NCBI GenBank assembly: GCA_030770535.1
Contig: JASVEC010000024.1
Coordinates: 62,001 to 126,000, forward strand
From: Batkoa obscura
Taxonomy: Eukaryota
Direction: 5' to 3'
DNA length: 64,000 nucleotides
Below are positions 26,053-38,777 of the stretch, in pieces. Both the position numbers and the translations under genes were made by a program. The notes under the pieces are model-generated. The model saw nothing but the letters and a program-made list of their open reading frames with translations. It made no database searches and had not been told where the DNA came from. The number at the start of each line of letters is the position of its first letter. Position 1 is the first letter of the stretch.

Positions 26053-27053
26053 ATGAGTTTGGAAATAATGAAAGCCCAATTTAAAGATATTTTAGAAAAC
26101 CCATTACGAAGAAGATTAATTTATACAATAATAGGAATAGCTATTTATTTAATAATTGTATTACCCATTGTATTAACATTAGAACCAAAGGAAGTGATTA
26201 CTACTCAAACTAAAGAAGAGTTTGATAAGATACGCAATAACGATATCATAATAGCAAGGAATCGAGTACAAGCCATTGATCCAATTGGAAAAAATATAAC
26301 TATTTATTCACGTATACTTGCTTTTGGACAATTAGCTAATGATGTTGGTGTATTATCTCAAGATTTAACTTGTTCTTTTTATTATGGTACACCTAAACTA
26401 ATTGCTAATAAAATACCAGAGCCCTTATCTTTTACTGTACCATTAGTAGAAGGAGATATTAAATATTATCCATTTGAACAATTCAAAGCATATATACCAA
26501 TGAATTGTAATAATCAACAGATTACTGGCTTTTCAATGTTATTTGATGATGGAGCACCAGGATATTCATTAAATCAAGAAATCAAACATTATTCGGAATT
26601 ATCTGATGAAGAGAAAACTCTATTTTATGGCAAAGTGAGTGATGCAAATAATGTTATTTGTATACTAAAATTTAGTCAATCTGCCACCAACAAATTCTTT
26701 TCAATTTTTGTTACTATTATTATGTGGTGTTTGGCAGTTGCTTTAATTATTTGTTCTTATCAAATAGTTGTATTGAGAAATGAGCCCCCTCCTCCTTTAA
26801 TTGCTTTAGGTGTTACCTTATTATTTGCATTACCAAAGTTAAGAGATTCTCAACCTGGGGCTCCTAAGTTTAATGCTATGTCCGATGTGGCTGGATATTA
26901 TTGGTGAGTGTTCTTTATTGTTAATTTTATTGTTTAGTTTTAAATTAATTATTTGTTTAAATTAGGTGTTTATTTTTAATATCTTTATCAATTTCTTTAA
27001 ATTTCTTTGCATTTGGTTTAAGATGGCGGAAAGCTAAAACTGGTGCAAAATAA
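26053..27053 (+). CDS. DUF4436-like / pLGIC-like membrane protein, copy 4 (intron 26904-26965)
   Basis: TCS, YYPFEQ, IMWC, IALGVTLLFALPKLRDSQPG; last exon WCLFLISLSISLNFFAFGLRWRKAKTGAK*. Confidence 0.82.
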
Positions 27054-27288
27054 TTAATTGTTATTGACTTGTTTTTCTTCAAATAAAATTCTATCTAATC
27101 TCGATATTTTTATTGCTTATTTACCAACAATGTTGTTTAATTTTATCATATATTATGATACTAACTTAATATAAGAAAAATAATTTATCATTCAAAATAA
27201 TATGTATAAAAACTCAATTGATACTAAAAAATTATATTTATAATGTTATAATTTTAAAAAAAAGAAAGCTAAGATCAATTGACACCTT

Positions 27289-28472
27289 TTACGAATCTTT
27301 CATTGAAATAACAACGGCAGAAATAAGTTCTAAATAAGGTAGAAATATAGGATGACTTTCCTTTGAAATGCCTAATAAGCCAAGTACTTTTGAAGTTGGT
27401 GGGTATTTAGAAAATTCTGATAATAAACTTTCTGCTTGAGCCATGGCTGATTCTAATTGATGTTCATCAAGCCAACCATCTAAAACTTGGGCTGAATAAG
27501 CAGCTAATGCTAATAATACCCTTCGAAGTCTCAAAAATGGTGTTTGTTGTGGGTTTCTTGGATGATGCATAGCAGACAATGTTTGTTCATAAGGTAAAGT
27601 AAGGATTGAACGAATACTTGATGCTATATCTCGACGTACTTGTGGGGTGCGTAATGGGTATACACTCATTTCAAATATAACAAAACTTCTAGTATCATTT
27701 CTTAACACTCCTTTTTCAACTAAGCCTTTTGCAATTCTTTCTCTTACCATTTTTAATTGATAACCTAACTTATTAAAATTCCATGTTTCTCCTAAACAAA
27801 TAACATTTTAAAATCAATGCTTTATCAAATGATATGAATTAAATTAAATATGAAATTTAATTTATTAATTTCAAAAATAAACAAAAATTAATTACCGTTT
27901 AGATAAGCGATCCAATTTTTTAAATCTAATTGTTCTCTTGAAGATATCATTACTTTTATGGCTTCATCTAGTAAAAATTCATCCAAACTTTCACCCTTTG
28001 TAATTGAAATTAATCGTTGGCTTGGTAATAAAATAGTTTGTGTTTTATTAACTGCAAAAGAGACTCTTTTTCTTAATGCTAACTCAGCCATGATACAAGC
28101 TCTTAATATATAACTAAGACTATCATTCCAAAATGATAGATGTCCCTAAAAATTGAATTCATATTAATATTCTAAAATATTTTCATTTCAACTCAAGGAA
28201 AATGCCATTTAATTATTTTCTGGTAGAATACATAACTCAATAATCTTTATAATCGATAATAACAACAATAAAATAATTACCTCATCTTTTAATCCAAGTA
28301 AAAAAAGTTCTTCCATCAAAGTTAAAGCTGGTTTATAAGGGGACAAATTATAGTCTATTACTTCTTTTTCTTCTTGTTCCATAGAATCATTCATTTTATT
28401 AATTTGTTCTTCGTTATAAGGGTCTTCACTAGTGAGACCAGCATTCTTACGTCTTTTCATACCTTCCATCAT
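27289..28472 (-). CDS. VPS74: Vps74/GOLPH3 Golgi PI4P-binding protein (three exons)
   Basis: GMKRRK N-terminus, LTLMEELFLLGLKD|GHLSFWNDSLSYILRACIMAELALR, GETWN..VRERIAKGLVEKGVL. Confidence 0.92.
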
Positions 28473-28746
28473 AATCAATTATAACTTTTAGTTTTAAGAA
28501 AATATAGCAATCAAAATACGATGAAGATGATAAGTTTTATCTATTTAATTAGCTTAATGATATATTTGTTTTGTATTTTTAATTTACTTTTTATTTTGAA
28601 TTGATAAAAGTTCCTTATCCAATTCAAGTGGATGTTATTAAAATGCATCAATTTCGAATTTATGCAAAAATTGATCAAAATATTGAGTTTGGAAACTTAA
28701 AAAATTACAATCAATACGTTATACTTTCTATTGTTGATTTTCAATC

Positions 28747-29272
28747 ATGTCAAATAGGTAAAATTTAAAATTTAAAAGTTAATTAAACTATATTAATAAA
28801 TAATTAAGGGGAAAAAATCAATATAATAGTGACTATAATGAATATAATATGGGAACCTCCACTTCAGACTCTTTATTATATGAGTCCCAAAATAATATGA
28901 AAATGGATGAGTTATCAAGTAAAGTATCTCAGTTACATAAAGTAAATTTAATCATTCATCATTTGAACTATTAATTAAAACCAATCCATTAACTATTAGG
29001 TAACATTAGACATTCATGGACTTGTAGAAGAACAAAATCAAGCATTGGATGAATCCCAAACTACATTTGATAGTTTTGGAGATAGATTAAAAAACACACA
29101 ACATCGAGTACGAAATATGTTAACTTCACAAAATAGAAGAGTAATGATGTATGCAATAATAATAATATTGTTCCTTTTTATTATCATTTATCATTATTTC
29201 AATCGTACTTCAGAAAAAGTAGAAGCATTATCAGAGCCTATCGAAGACTTTTTGCAAGCACCTTTTTCTTAA
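28747..29272 (+). CDS. Qc-SNARE, Bet1/Sft1-like (exons about 28747-28757, 28809-28941, 29000-29272)
   Basis: YESQNNMKMDELSSKVSQLHK|VTLDIHGLVEEQNQALDE SNARE motif followed by a C-terminal TM. Confidence 0.82.
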
Positions 29273-30488
29273 TCTATAGGATAATGATGTAATTTTTTTT
29301 AATGCTTAAGAAGCTTATTTATCGCAAATATATGCTTGATTTATTTCAATTGGAAGATTCAAGTTTAACATTTCTTTTATTAAATAATATATTTTAATAT
29401 ATTTTCTAGCTAAATGATTTTAATTTTATAAATATCAATTGTAATATAGAAATAGGATATAGATAGGATTTAACGAGTGTTCATTTATTAAATACAAATT
29501 ATGAACAAAAAGATTATTTTTGTAACTATTTTATTTAAAATTAGTTTGGGAATTAGTAAACTATGCCAAGTAATACTGCTACTACAGCTCTATTGCAACC
29601 TAGTTAACCATTCATTTAATAATAAAGTTTTGCTAAAATTGTACTAAAATTGTATTAGAATTGTACTAAAATTTAATGATTAGGTTCTAAAAAATCAAAT
29701 AAGCAAATAACTAGCTCTAAAAACTATAACAAGTTAAGTCAAATAGAGTTGCAGCTGTAAGCCAACATCTTACATGGAAACCAAGAATGCTTTTTCTTTT
29801 GATGAGGTCTTAATGGACTGTAAAAAAAGAGGCTTATACAAAAAATTCTTTTTGTATAAAAAAGGAAGTCAATCAAAAATTACCAAATCAAAAATAAGTA
29901 TAATTGTTTTTATATGCCCTAATTCCTAACCTACGATTTAATTTAATAAATATATATACGAAAAATGACATGTCTTAAGTTGTTTTGAAGATATACCACC
30001 AATTTCTATTATGATTTACAAATCTATACTTTATCAAAAATTTTACTTTCTTCCCTAGTTTATTAAGACATCAACTTGTTCCTTTTGTGTTTTAAGTATT
30101 TTTTATAGAACATGAAATTTGTGAATATCTTACCATCAAATGTCTATTACCAATATTATACACAATCGTAAATATTTAAGTCTGTTTCTATCCAAAATTA
30201 ACATAATTTCATTATATTACTAGTACTTTATATTGATTTTTATAAATGTATTAATATATAAGTATAATAATACATTTAATTTATGTTAAAATATTTCAAT
30301 TTATTTTTGTGAATAAATTAGTATAAGTAAAACCTTATACTTATGCAACATTAATGATTCCTTAGATATGTTTTATATAATAACAAAATAGATAGCTTGA
30401 ATTTTTTTTAAAAGGAATTAATATATTTTGAGTTTTTATTTTTATTGTTTTTATATAGCTTGAAGTTTAAAAAAAATAAATTAGTGAG

Positions 30489-30588
30489 AAATGGAGATAT
30501 ATTTTTATGTTTAAGAATTTTACTAACAATTTTTCCGCTCAAATACTGCTTAAGATGGAAAAAGTAATAAAGCCAAAACATCCTCAAT
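30489..30588 (+). mobile_element. MITE family A copy
   Basis: ATGGAGATATATTTTTATGTTTAAG..CCAAAACATCCTCA. Confidence 0.78.
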
Positions 30589-30675
30589 TATAATTATTCT
30601 TTCAATTAAATTATAATTTTAAATTTCGTTAATAACAACTTTTGAGAATTAAAAAATTAACCATGAAAAATAGGA

Positions 30676-30776
30676 ATTGGGGATGTATTTTTGTGTTTAA
30701 GAATTTTACTAACAGATTTTCCACTTAAATAGTGCTTAAAAAATGGAAAAAATGAAGTCAAAAAACACTCCCATAA
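30676..30776 (+). mobile_element. MITE family A copy
   Basis: TTGGGGATGTATTTTTGTG..ACACTCCCATA. Confidence 0.8.
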
Positions 30777-32185
30777 TTTATTATTAAAAAAGTATAAAAT
30801 ATTATATGTATTACTATTAGCTTAGTCCCAGAATGTTGAACATACAAACTTGAATAAAAAAATGACCTTCAACTTCATTCAACTTTATAACCACTTTGCT
30901 TATAATATTTAGCTATAATAAAACTTTAAGGATTTAAATAGGGATAATTAATTTAGTTAGTGGGTAGTATGATATTATTTGAAATGTGTCCTATTTTTTT
31001 GCTATAAAATTCAAGCAGTAGGTGTCAGTTAATTCAGCTAAAACAGCTTACAGTTAGACAACTTTATGTTTCAATTTATAACCAATTTCTTTTGATATGA
31101 ATTTGAGAGCAATATTTTTTATATACCTTTAAATTTGTATTAAAAACGTAACTCCAAATCAAAAACAATGAAATATATCTAACTGGAAGTTGTTCTATTA
31201 TTAATTTTAAAAAAAGATTAATATGGTTAGTAATTTATTACGTATACTTACATGATCGAGTTTAAAACATAAGCCTTTATATTAACCTTAAAAGTAAGCG
31301 ATTGAAAAGTATTGCACAATGCATATTATTTGTTTACAAAAACTGTGAGTGTGAAATCTTTGAGATTTGATAATAAAACATTGGTGTTTTATTACCGAGT
31401 TAATAGGAATAAGAATAAATATAAAATGCTGTAACGTTGTTTAAGATACTTATTTAATGAATGAATATCGAAGCCTTAATGCCAAGGTCAAGGAGGTAAA
31501 TGAGCAGCCCAGGTAAATAAGTTCAGTATAAAATTTGGAGTATAATATATGAGACACTATGTTATATTAAAAAAACTTTTTTTTGACTATAACGTTGAAT
31601 CGATTAACTGCTTTAGTAGGTTCGGGTTCGACTTAGCTTTGAGTTTAATTACTTTTGTTAGAATATGAGACAATTTAAATTATTGTTACAAACGTAATGT
31701 TCAAAGCCATAATGTTATTCATATTTAGAGTATAAATTTATTATACAAAATTGAATAACTAAATTAAGCTTAAAGCTAATGTAAGAATTTCTTGAATCAA
31801 AAATAAAAGAAGCTAATCATTTAGTCTTTGTTCAAAAATAGCTAACTTTAAGTGGTTAAGAACTGGTCCTGCAACTTTTAACTATCACCTTATGTACTTT
31901 TTTTATTTTAAATTTAAAGATTATCATTGAAAATTTGGCTATAAAAATAAGATTACTATTTTTAATCATGTGAAACTAATTCAAGCCCCATTTAATTTTT
32001 GATAAGCCATATTATAAAATAAAATAGCTTTACATAAGGAATAATTCAAATAATTATATATAAATAATACAGCCAACGTTTATCAACTTATTAAATTCGA
32101 AATTTAGTTTGTTTTCTTTTTCATCAAATTTCTATTTTTTTAGTATAGCATTAGGATTTAATATATAAACAACTCGATATTTGAT

Positions 32186-32824
32186 ATGGAAGATAAAAGA
32201 AATAGTAAATGGTACATAACTTTATTAAATAAATTATCAACGAAAGGTGACAATTACGAAAAAAATAAATTAAATGACATTATAAACAATACAAGAGCGT
32301 TAGAATGTTCGATGGGTTTGGATACTACTTGCTATAAACCTAAACTATCTCATAACCCTAAGCCGATAAACAACGATGCCTGGTGTAAATCGTTTATTAA
32401 AGTATCCAATTTAGTAACAAATTGTCAATCTAATCGTATACACCAAAATCCAAAGCTATCCAAAAATGAAAATGTTATAAAGCGTTCTCAAACTATGAAT
32501 ATAACTAGCAATACAACCTATATGCAAAGTATCCGAAAACTCAGAAATAACCCAAGGAGGCCGTTACTTCAAGTGGTATTAATCCAACATATGGTACACA
32601 AAATACGGGATGATGATAGTGTCAATTTAGATAGAGAAATGGGAATCAATCGATTTTCTTCCGAGATACCTTGTCATTTGACTGGTGTCAAAAATCGGAA
32701 AATTAAAAGTTATCCTACTTTAGTTCAAATCTTTTCTAATGAGAAAGAACTACAAATGAATTTACTAAACGTATATACTGAAGATGATGATATCCCTATA
32801 GCATTATTAAATAAGAGAAAATAG
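32186..32824 (+). CDS. Hypothetical protein, 212 aa
   Basis: Uninterrupted ORF with higher GC than its flanks; C-terminal EDDDIPIALL motif. No family recognised. Confidence 0.6.
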   Translation: MEDKRNSKWYITLLNKLSTKGDNYEKNKLNDIINNTRALECSMGLDTTCYKPKLSHNPKPINNDAWCKSFIKVSNLVTNCQSNRIHQNPKLSKNENVIKRSQTMNITSNTTYMQSIRKLRNNPRRPLLQVVLIQHMVHKIRDDDSVNLDREMGINRFSSEIPCHLTGVKNRKIKSYPTLVQIFSNEKELQMNLLNVYTEDDDIPIALLNKRK

Positions 32825-32906
32825 TTTCTATAGAATAAAATTTACTGTTTTGATTTTATGTTCAATTTATTTATTCATTTAAACTAAAGTATTTAAACTC
32901 AAAACT

Positions 32907-33009
32907 ATATGGGAGTGTTTTTTTTAACTTCATTATTTTTTTCATTAAGCACTATTTAAGCGGAAAAATTGTTAGTAAAATTCTTAAACACAAAAGTACA
33001 TCCCCATAT
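32907..33009 (-). mobile_element. MITE family A copy between convergent genes
   Basis: ATATGGGAGTG..ACATCCCCATAT. Confidence 0.82.
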
Positions 33010-33064
33010 TATGTTTTTGTAAATTTTTTATTCAAGCAATTACAATAGTTAAAATACTAACTCA

Positions 33065-34018
33065 TTATTTAGGTAAATCGGAGACTGGCTTTCTCCATCT
33101 TAGAGCATAAGAGAACAAGTTAAACATAATACAGACTGCGATGATACCAATACACCAAAAGAAAGCAATATAATCGGCAAGACAACCCATAACTGGAGAA
33201 CCAGCTTGAGAATTTCTAACACCTGGTAAAGCAAAAAGGATAGAAACACCAACAGCTATTAAAGGGGGAGGTACTTCACGTTTTTGTACAACAAAATCAA
33301 AGGTAATGATTCCATATGGGATGGATAGCCCCCACATAACTGCCATAAGGAAAAAGGAAAAAGCTTGAGTTGAACTAGGTGTATTTAATTTGATTTCAAC
33401 TGCTACAGCATCTAAGTTGTCATATAAGCCAAGGAACATATCCTTGTTTTCGCCATTTCTAATTGAATCTGCTTCTATTTCTGGTTTATGGCTTACTAAA
33501 CTTTTATCAATTTGGATAACTAATGGAAGAGGTTTTTTCTTAGAATCTAGGCAAATAACAGTGAAATAGCCTAAATACTGTTCAACTGGGTATTCACGAA
33601 TAGTTCCATAACTTATTGGGACAGTAAAACTAACGGTATTAATGGGTTGCCCTTTGATAATAGTTTGCTTTCCATATAACAAATCACAAGTAACGTTTTG
33701 ATTTGAGTTTTGGAGCTCATCAACATAATCTTCGCCAATCATTTGAAACTTAGCAAGCAAGTTTATTTTACGGGCTGGGGCTTCTATTGATTGAAATGAG
33801 AGAGCCAAATTGACACCACTAAATGAATCTAGATCTTCAAATCCCTCGGATATATAATCTGGTATACTATTCTTTAATTCTCTTAAATCTGGGTTATGAA
33901 CCTTCTTAACAACTGGAATGACGATAATGCACCAAATACAGACACCTATAAATGAGAGAAAGATTCTCCTAAGTCTTGTTGTAGACATAATCTTTTCATA
34001 TAAATCTTTAATTGACAT
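33065..34018 (-). CDS. DUF4436-like / pLGIC-like membrane protein, copy 5 (intronless)
   Basis: TCD, YPVEQ, VMWG, REVPPP, ILFALPGVRNSQAG, GCLAD, LRWRKP. Confidence 0.85.
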   Translation of the reverse strand: MSIKDLYEKIMSTTRLRRIFLSFIGVCIWCIIVIPVVKKVHNPDLRELKNSIPDYISEGFEDLDSFSGVNLALSFQSIEAPARKINLLAKFQMIGEDYVDELQNSNQNVTCDLLYGKQTIIKGQPINTVSFTVPISYGTIREYPVEQYLGYFTVICLDSKKKPLPLVIQIDKSLVSHKPEIEADSIRNGENKDMFLGLYDNLDAVAVEIKLNTPSSTQAFSFFLMAVMWGLSIPYGIITFDFVVQKREVPPPLIAVGVSILFALPGVRNSQAGSPVMGCLADYIAFFWCIGIIAVCIMFNLFSYALRWRKPVSDLPK

Positions 34019-34658
34019 TTTAAATCTTGTATATCCAATAATAATTTTTTTTATTAAGCTTAGATATTGCTATCTTCTTATTCTGTTTATTTATATGGTT
34101 TTAAAATTCCTCATTTCGATGTGTTGTAAAAGAACAAATAGATATTCTAAAAATATTAAAGTTCCAGCTAAACTGTTCTTTTACTTGATAAAAATAAGTT
34201 GATTAAATACTCCCCAGTTTCTGAGAAATAAACAATAAATAATAAACGATTGTTGTGATTATGTTATATATTCTACTTAGATTTATATCATATACCTTTT
34301 TACTATTTAGGATCAACTTGAATGTTTTAATGATGTTTAAATATAGAAATTACAGGCTTAAACTTAGAAGGATATCTATAATTATTAATTATTTTTATTA
34401 ATCAAAAATTGATTTTTTTATTATAAATCAAAAAATAAATTAAGTTATAAAAACAAAGGTATTGAAATAATAGTAGATAAAACTAGAATTTAATTAAGAT
34501 AAAAGAATAATAATAATTGTACTGATTATATAAAAACTTATTGGAATATTGATTTAATTTCAATAAGAAATATTTGTATGTTCATACAATATTTTATAAT
34601 TTTTTAATATCTACTCTTAACAGTTCTAATAAAGAAATTAGAATCTAAGACAAATAAT

Positions 34659-34761
34659 ATATGGGAATGTTTTTTTTGCTTGAGAATTTTACTAGCATTT
34701 TTTCCACTTAAATAACGCTTGAAATGGAAAAAGTAATGAAATCAAAAAAACATCTCCATCT
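34659..34761 (+). mobile_element. MITE family A copy
   Basis: ATATGGGAATG..ACATCTCCAT. Confidence 0.78.
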
Positions 34762-35320
34762 TTATTTTCATTTCCCTTTAATTTAAATTCCATTGTTTAG
34801 TTAAATAGTAGTTCATATCAATATCGAAAATTCTACCGCAAATAATAGAATTTATGCTTATTAATACTTCAGTATAATTTGTTTATGCTTCTTTATTATT
34901 CTAATAAAACAATAGAATCATAAATAGGAAAACATTTTTAATCAGGTTATATTTTGATTGAATTTATTAAAATTAGCATTATGTGGTTGTATAATATAAA
35001 ATATTCACAAGTTTGTAATAAAGAAAACCATTTAGAAAAAACCATAGAGGTTCCATGTTACTAAACATTATTTTTATAATATCAAAAGCTTGGTTTTATT
35101 TGTTTTTATTGTAAGCAATAATTATTGTCACAAAAAGGTTGAAAGTGTATTTCTACCCATTTATAGTCATGATGTTCCATTTAAATTTATTAAAGTTTAT
35201 CAAAATAGTTCAAGTTATTGAAAAATATAGCAATGAGTTTAATTTCTATAATCTTTATAACTTACAAGTAAATAGAAATGATTATAACTACTGTTAGCCC
35301 GGAAATCCTTTATTATTAAC

Positions 35321-35451
35321 AAAATTCTTAAACATAAAAATATATCTCCATATGCGGCTGTTTTTTTAGCTTCATTACTTTTTCTCTTATAAGCAGTATT
35401 TGAGCGGAAAATTTGTTAGTAAAATTCTTAGATAAAAATACATCCTCATAT
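35321..35451 (-). mobile_element. MITE family A: terminal fragment (35321-35353) abutting a full copy (35350-35451)
   Basis: ..AAATATATCTCCATATGCGGCTG..ACATCCTCATAT; the two share an ATAT. Confidence 0.75.
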
Positions 35452-36125
35452 GATGAAATTTAAAACATGTATATTGAAAGTTTTTTTAAATTATAATAAA
35501 CATTTATGTAGATTATTTAAATTAACAAAATCCTTTTATTATATTAAGGTTATTTGTAATAGAAATATGTATTCAGATAACCACTTTTTAATAAATTATT
35601 TAACTATGTTCATGTTCATGTTCATGTTCATGTTCTTTGTTTCCCTTTGATAAATTTTAGGATTAATTTGGTGTTAGTTTATGATAAATCTTATAATTTA
35701 TTAAAGATAACAAATAAAAGTTCTTCATCCTAACTTTTTGGCTATTAATAAGGATTATTCATATTGATTATTGATAATTTGAAAAAATAAAATGTTACGA
35801 AGATTTAAGGAGCTTATTCTGTAGATAAAATTATGTAAAAAAATACTTCTCTTCAAATTGTATACTGTTTATGTTTGTATACTTATTAATATAAACATGG
35901 TCTGAATTATTGTCACTCCGTCATAATGAATTAAATATAAAAGTACAATAAGTTTTTAAAGATCCAAGCCTTTGTAAGATCAGGAGTAGAATAGAAGTAT
36001 TTGAAAAAAATCCTTCTTTTAATAATTCTTATATGCAAATTGTATAAGAACCATTCATGAACTGAATAAAATTTAGGGCATTTTCATACATTTTAACTGG
36101 TAGAGATCTTACAAAGCATTATAGG

Positions 36126-36228
36126 ATATAGGAATGTATTTTTGTGCTTAAGAATTTTACTAATAATTTTTCCGCTCAAATACTGCTTAGAAGATGGAAA
36201 AAGTAATAAAGCCAAAACATCCCCATAT
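36126..36228 (+). mobile_element. MITE family A copy
   Basis: ATATAGGAATG..ACATCCCCATAT. Confidence 0.8.
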
Positions 36229-36828
36229 AATAATTTCAATGAAATATTTATAGTTTTTATAGCAGCAATTTATTTTTTACATGACAAATAAGGTTCTGAA
36301 CTGGCTATGTTCTATAAATTTTGAATATTTTAAAAATTATGTCTATTTAGTTAAGTACTGTTGTACAATTGAATGATTATATAAAAGTACAATATTGCTT
36401 TATAAATATAAAGTTTTTTAGAAACTATTATTACATCAAAATGCTTTCTTATTTTGTATTATTTCAAGGTTTGTTACGTTTTTATTGTTTGTTTGTAGAA
36501 TATTAAATTTTACATTGAAATTTTTGTTTATTTCAATTAGGACACGTTTTTATAGTATAAATTATACATACTTTTGTAGAATCTATTTAAAGTTTATAAT
36601 GTCTTATGCTTTTAACTAATTCAACGTAATCTTTGTGTTATAAAATCCGTTACTCAAAGCAAATATTACAGTAAATTTTGACTATTATATTATAAAAAAG
36701 ACATTGAATTGTAAATATATTTTGTTTAATCGTGATAAAGTATAAAAACATAAAAGATACCACTCTATTTTTCATGAAAAAAGGATATTTATTGATAATA
36801 TGATATGCCTTTAAATGTTTTAAAACTG

Positions 36829-37983
36829 CTATTCTTGTAAATACACTTCCATACCCTCTCCCCATCTTAATTGCACCTCTGTGTCATCAAAATAAATAGC
36901 TCCAAAAGAAGATTTAACCCACTCTATAGCAGCATAAATATCTTGGTTCCATTTAGTAATTTTGAATGTATTTTTATGAGTAATATGGAACTGAAGACGT
37001 TCTTCTGCCTTAGGCAAATGGGGTGTTAGCCTAATAGAATTTTCTTCGTCTTCAGGTGCATATAAATATTGACCTCCATGTTTAATATAAGTAATCCCAT
37101 CCCTTGTTTCACATGTAACTTCAAAGTCTACATTACTTAGTACTCCAATAAGCTCATTTTCGAAGATATCAATGGCATCATGCTCATGGTAATCATCATC
37201 ATCGCCATCATCATCATCATTATCTTCATCGTTGGACTTTTCTTCGTTATATATTTTTAATGAATATATTTTATCTTCATCTACTTTTTCCCCTGCAAAG
37301 TCAATTAAATTAAAGTTTGGTTTTCTCTCAACTTTAGGCCTTCTGTTAGGCAATTCTTTGTCTTCTTGAATCAATTTGTCGATGTTGCTGATTTCTTCAA
37401 TTACCATCCAGGTAACTCTGGATTTAAGCTGACTACTATATTTGTAGCTCATTGTTGTATTGTGAGTGTTAAAACATTGATAATTATCGTTGCCTAGATA
37501 AACAACAAAAAAATGGCCTTGGACATTTTTAGATTTCGCTATATCAGCAAATTTTAAAATATCCATATCATCATAATACTCAACTACTGTATTATCTTCG
37601 GTTCCATTTCGACTTATAAAGTCATTTTCTCTCATGAATAATATGTATGGGAGCTCCCCATTTATTACTATGTTATCAGCGATATATAAATTACCGAAGG
37701 GATAACTAATTCCATTTTTATTTGTGAATTCATCATAAAAATAATTTAGTCGATCACTATTTCTCATTACTAAGTTCCTACAATTATAGTCGCATTTGAT
37801 CTCTTTATTAAAAACATACATTGAGAAATAATCCTCTCTTAATACGGCAAAAAAATCTTCTTTCCTCTTTTTGATTTCAGCATCAATGTCTGGTACTTTA
37901 ATAAACTCACAATTTTTATCAACCATGCATTTATCAATATTGTCAATATCAACTTCAGAATAAATTACTACCATCCCAAACAT
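36829..37983 (-). CDS. Hypothetical acidic protein, 384 aa, intronless
   Basis: Long ORF in AT-rich DNA with a poly-Asp linker. No family recognised. Confidence 0.7.
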   Translation of the reverse strand: MFGMVVIYSEVDIDNIDKCMVDKNCEFIKVPDIDAEIKKRKEDFFAVLREDYFSMYVFNKEIKCDYNCRNLVMRNSDRLNYFYDEFTNKNGISYPFGNLYIADNIVINGELPYILFMRENDFISRNGTEDNTVVEYYDDMDILKFADIAKSKNVQGHFFVVYLGNDNYQCFNTHNTTMSYKYSSQLKSRVTWMVIEEISNIDKLIQEDKELPNRRPKVERKPNFNLIDFAGEKVDEDKIYSLKIYNEEKSNDEDNDDDDGDDDDYHEHDAIDIFENELIGVLSNVDFEVTCETRDGITYIKHGGQYLYAPEDEENSIRLTPHLPKAEERLQFHITHKNTFKITKWNQDIYAAIEWVKSSFGAIYFDDTEVQLRWGEGMEVYLQE

Positions 37984-38777
37984 TTCAATTTATTATAATT
38001 TAAAATGAAATGAAAGTAATCACTTGAGTTTATATAGTGATCAAAAATAATGATATCATTTTTGGTAAATTTAATTTGTTATTTAATTTTGATATTTACC
38101 ATTTAAATCAAGATAATTTAACAATATTATAATCAAATTCATTTTTATCACATATCTTCTACAAGCTTTATTGTTTTTAAAAAATAATATTCCTAATTCG
38201 GTCTGATTTACTCATTTAAAATACAAATTAGACCAATGATCGTTTTTATAATATAAATCTATTAATATGAATTCTGTTTTTAAATAGTTTTACAAATAAA
38301 AAGCTTTTTTTAAACTGCGAAATAATTTAGTCACATCTCTACTTAATTGAATATTCTTTTAAATTATTAAATTATTTTATAGAATAGCTATCAAAATAAT
38401 ATAATTATATTTTTAGTTAACCAATTTATGAAAAAATCAAATTTTTATATATATAATTCGATACTTTATATTTTTCAGTATATAAAATTTTTAGAGTAAT
38501 ATTTATAATGTTTTTAATTAAATGACTTTTAAAGTTATAAATTGATGGTTGAGTAATAGCATTTAGTATGTTTTAATATAATCTTATCAAATAAAATCTA
38601 AACCTGATATGAGGATAATAAAATAGATTATTGGAGATAAAAGGCGTAGTTTATAAAATAGTCCAAAATAGCTTATTTTAATGATTTTGAATATTGTAAC
38701 TAATTTATATGTTCAGTTATTTGATTGAAAAAAGCTCAATGTATTATTATCCTGTATGTATATTTAATTAAATCACT

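Noticed and set aside
996..26907. Copies 1, 3 and 4 as truncated pseudogenes because their ORFs stop at W
   Set aside because: A canonical intron at the same position restores the final helix in each.
31590..31640. GGTTCGACT B-box-like word suggesting a tRNA
   Set aside because: No acceptor, D or anticodon stems could be folded around it by eye.
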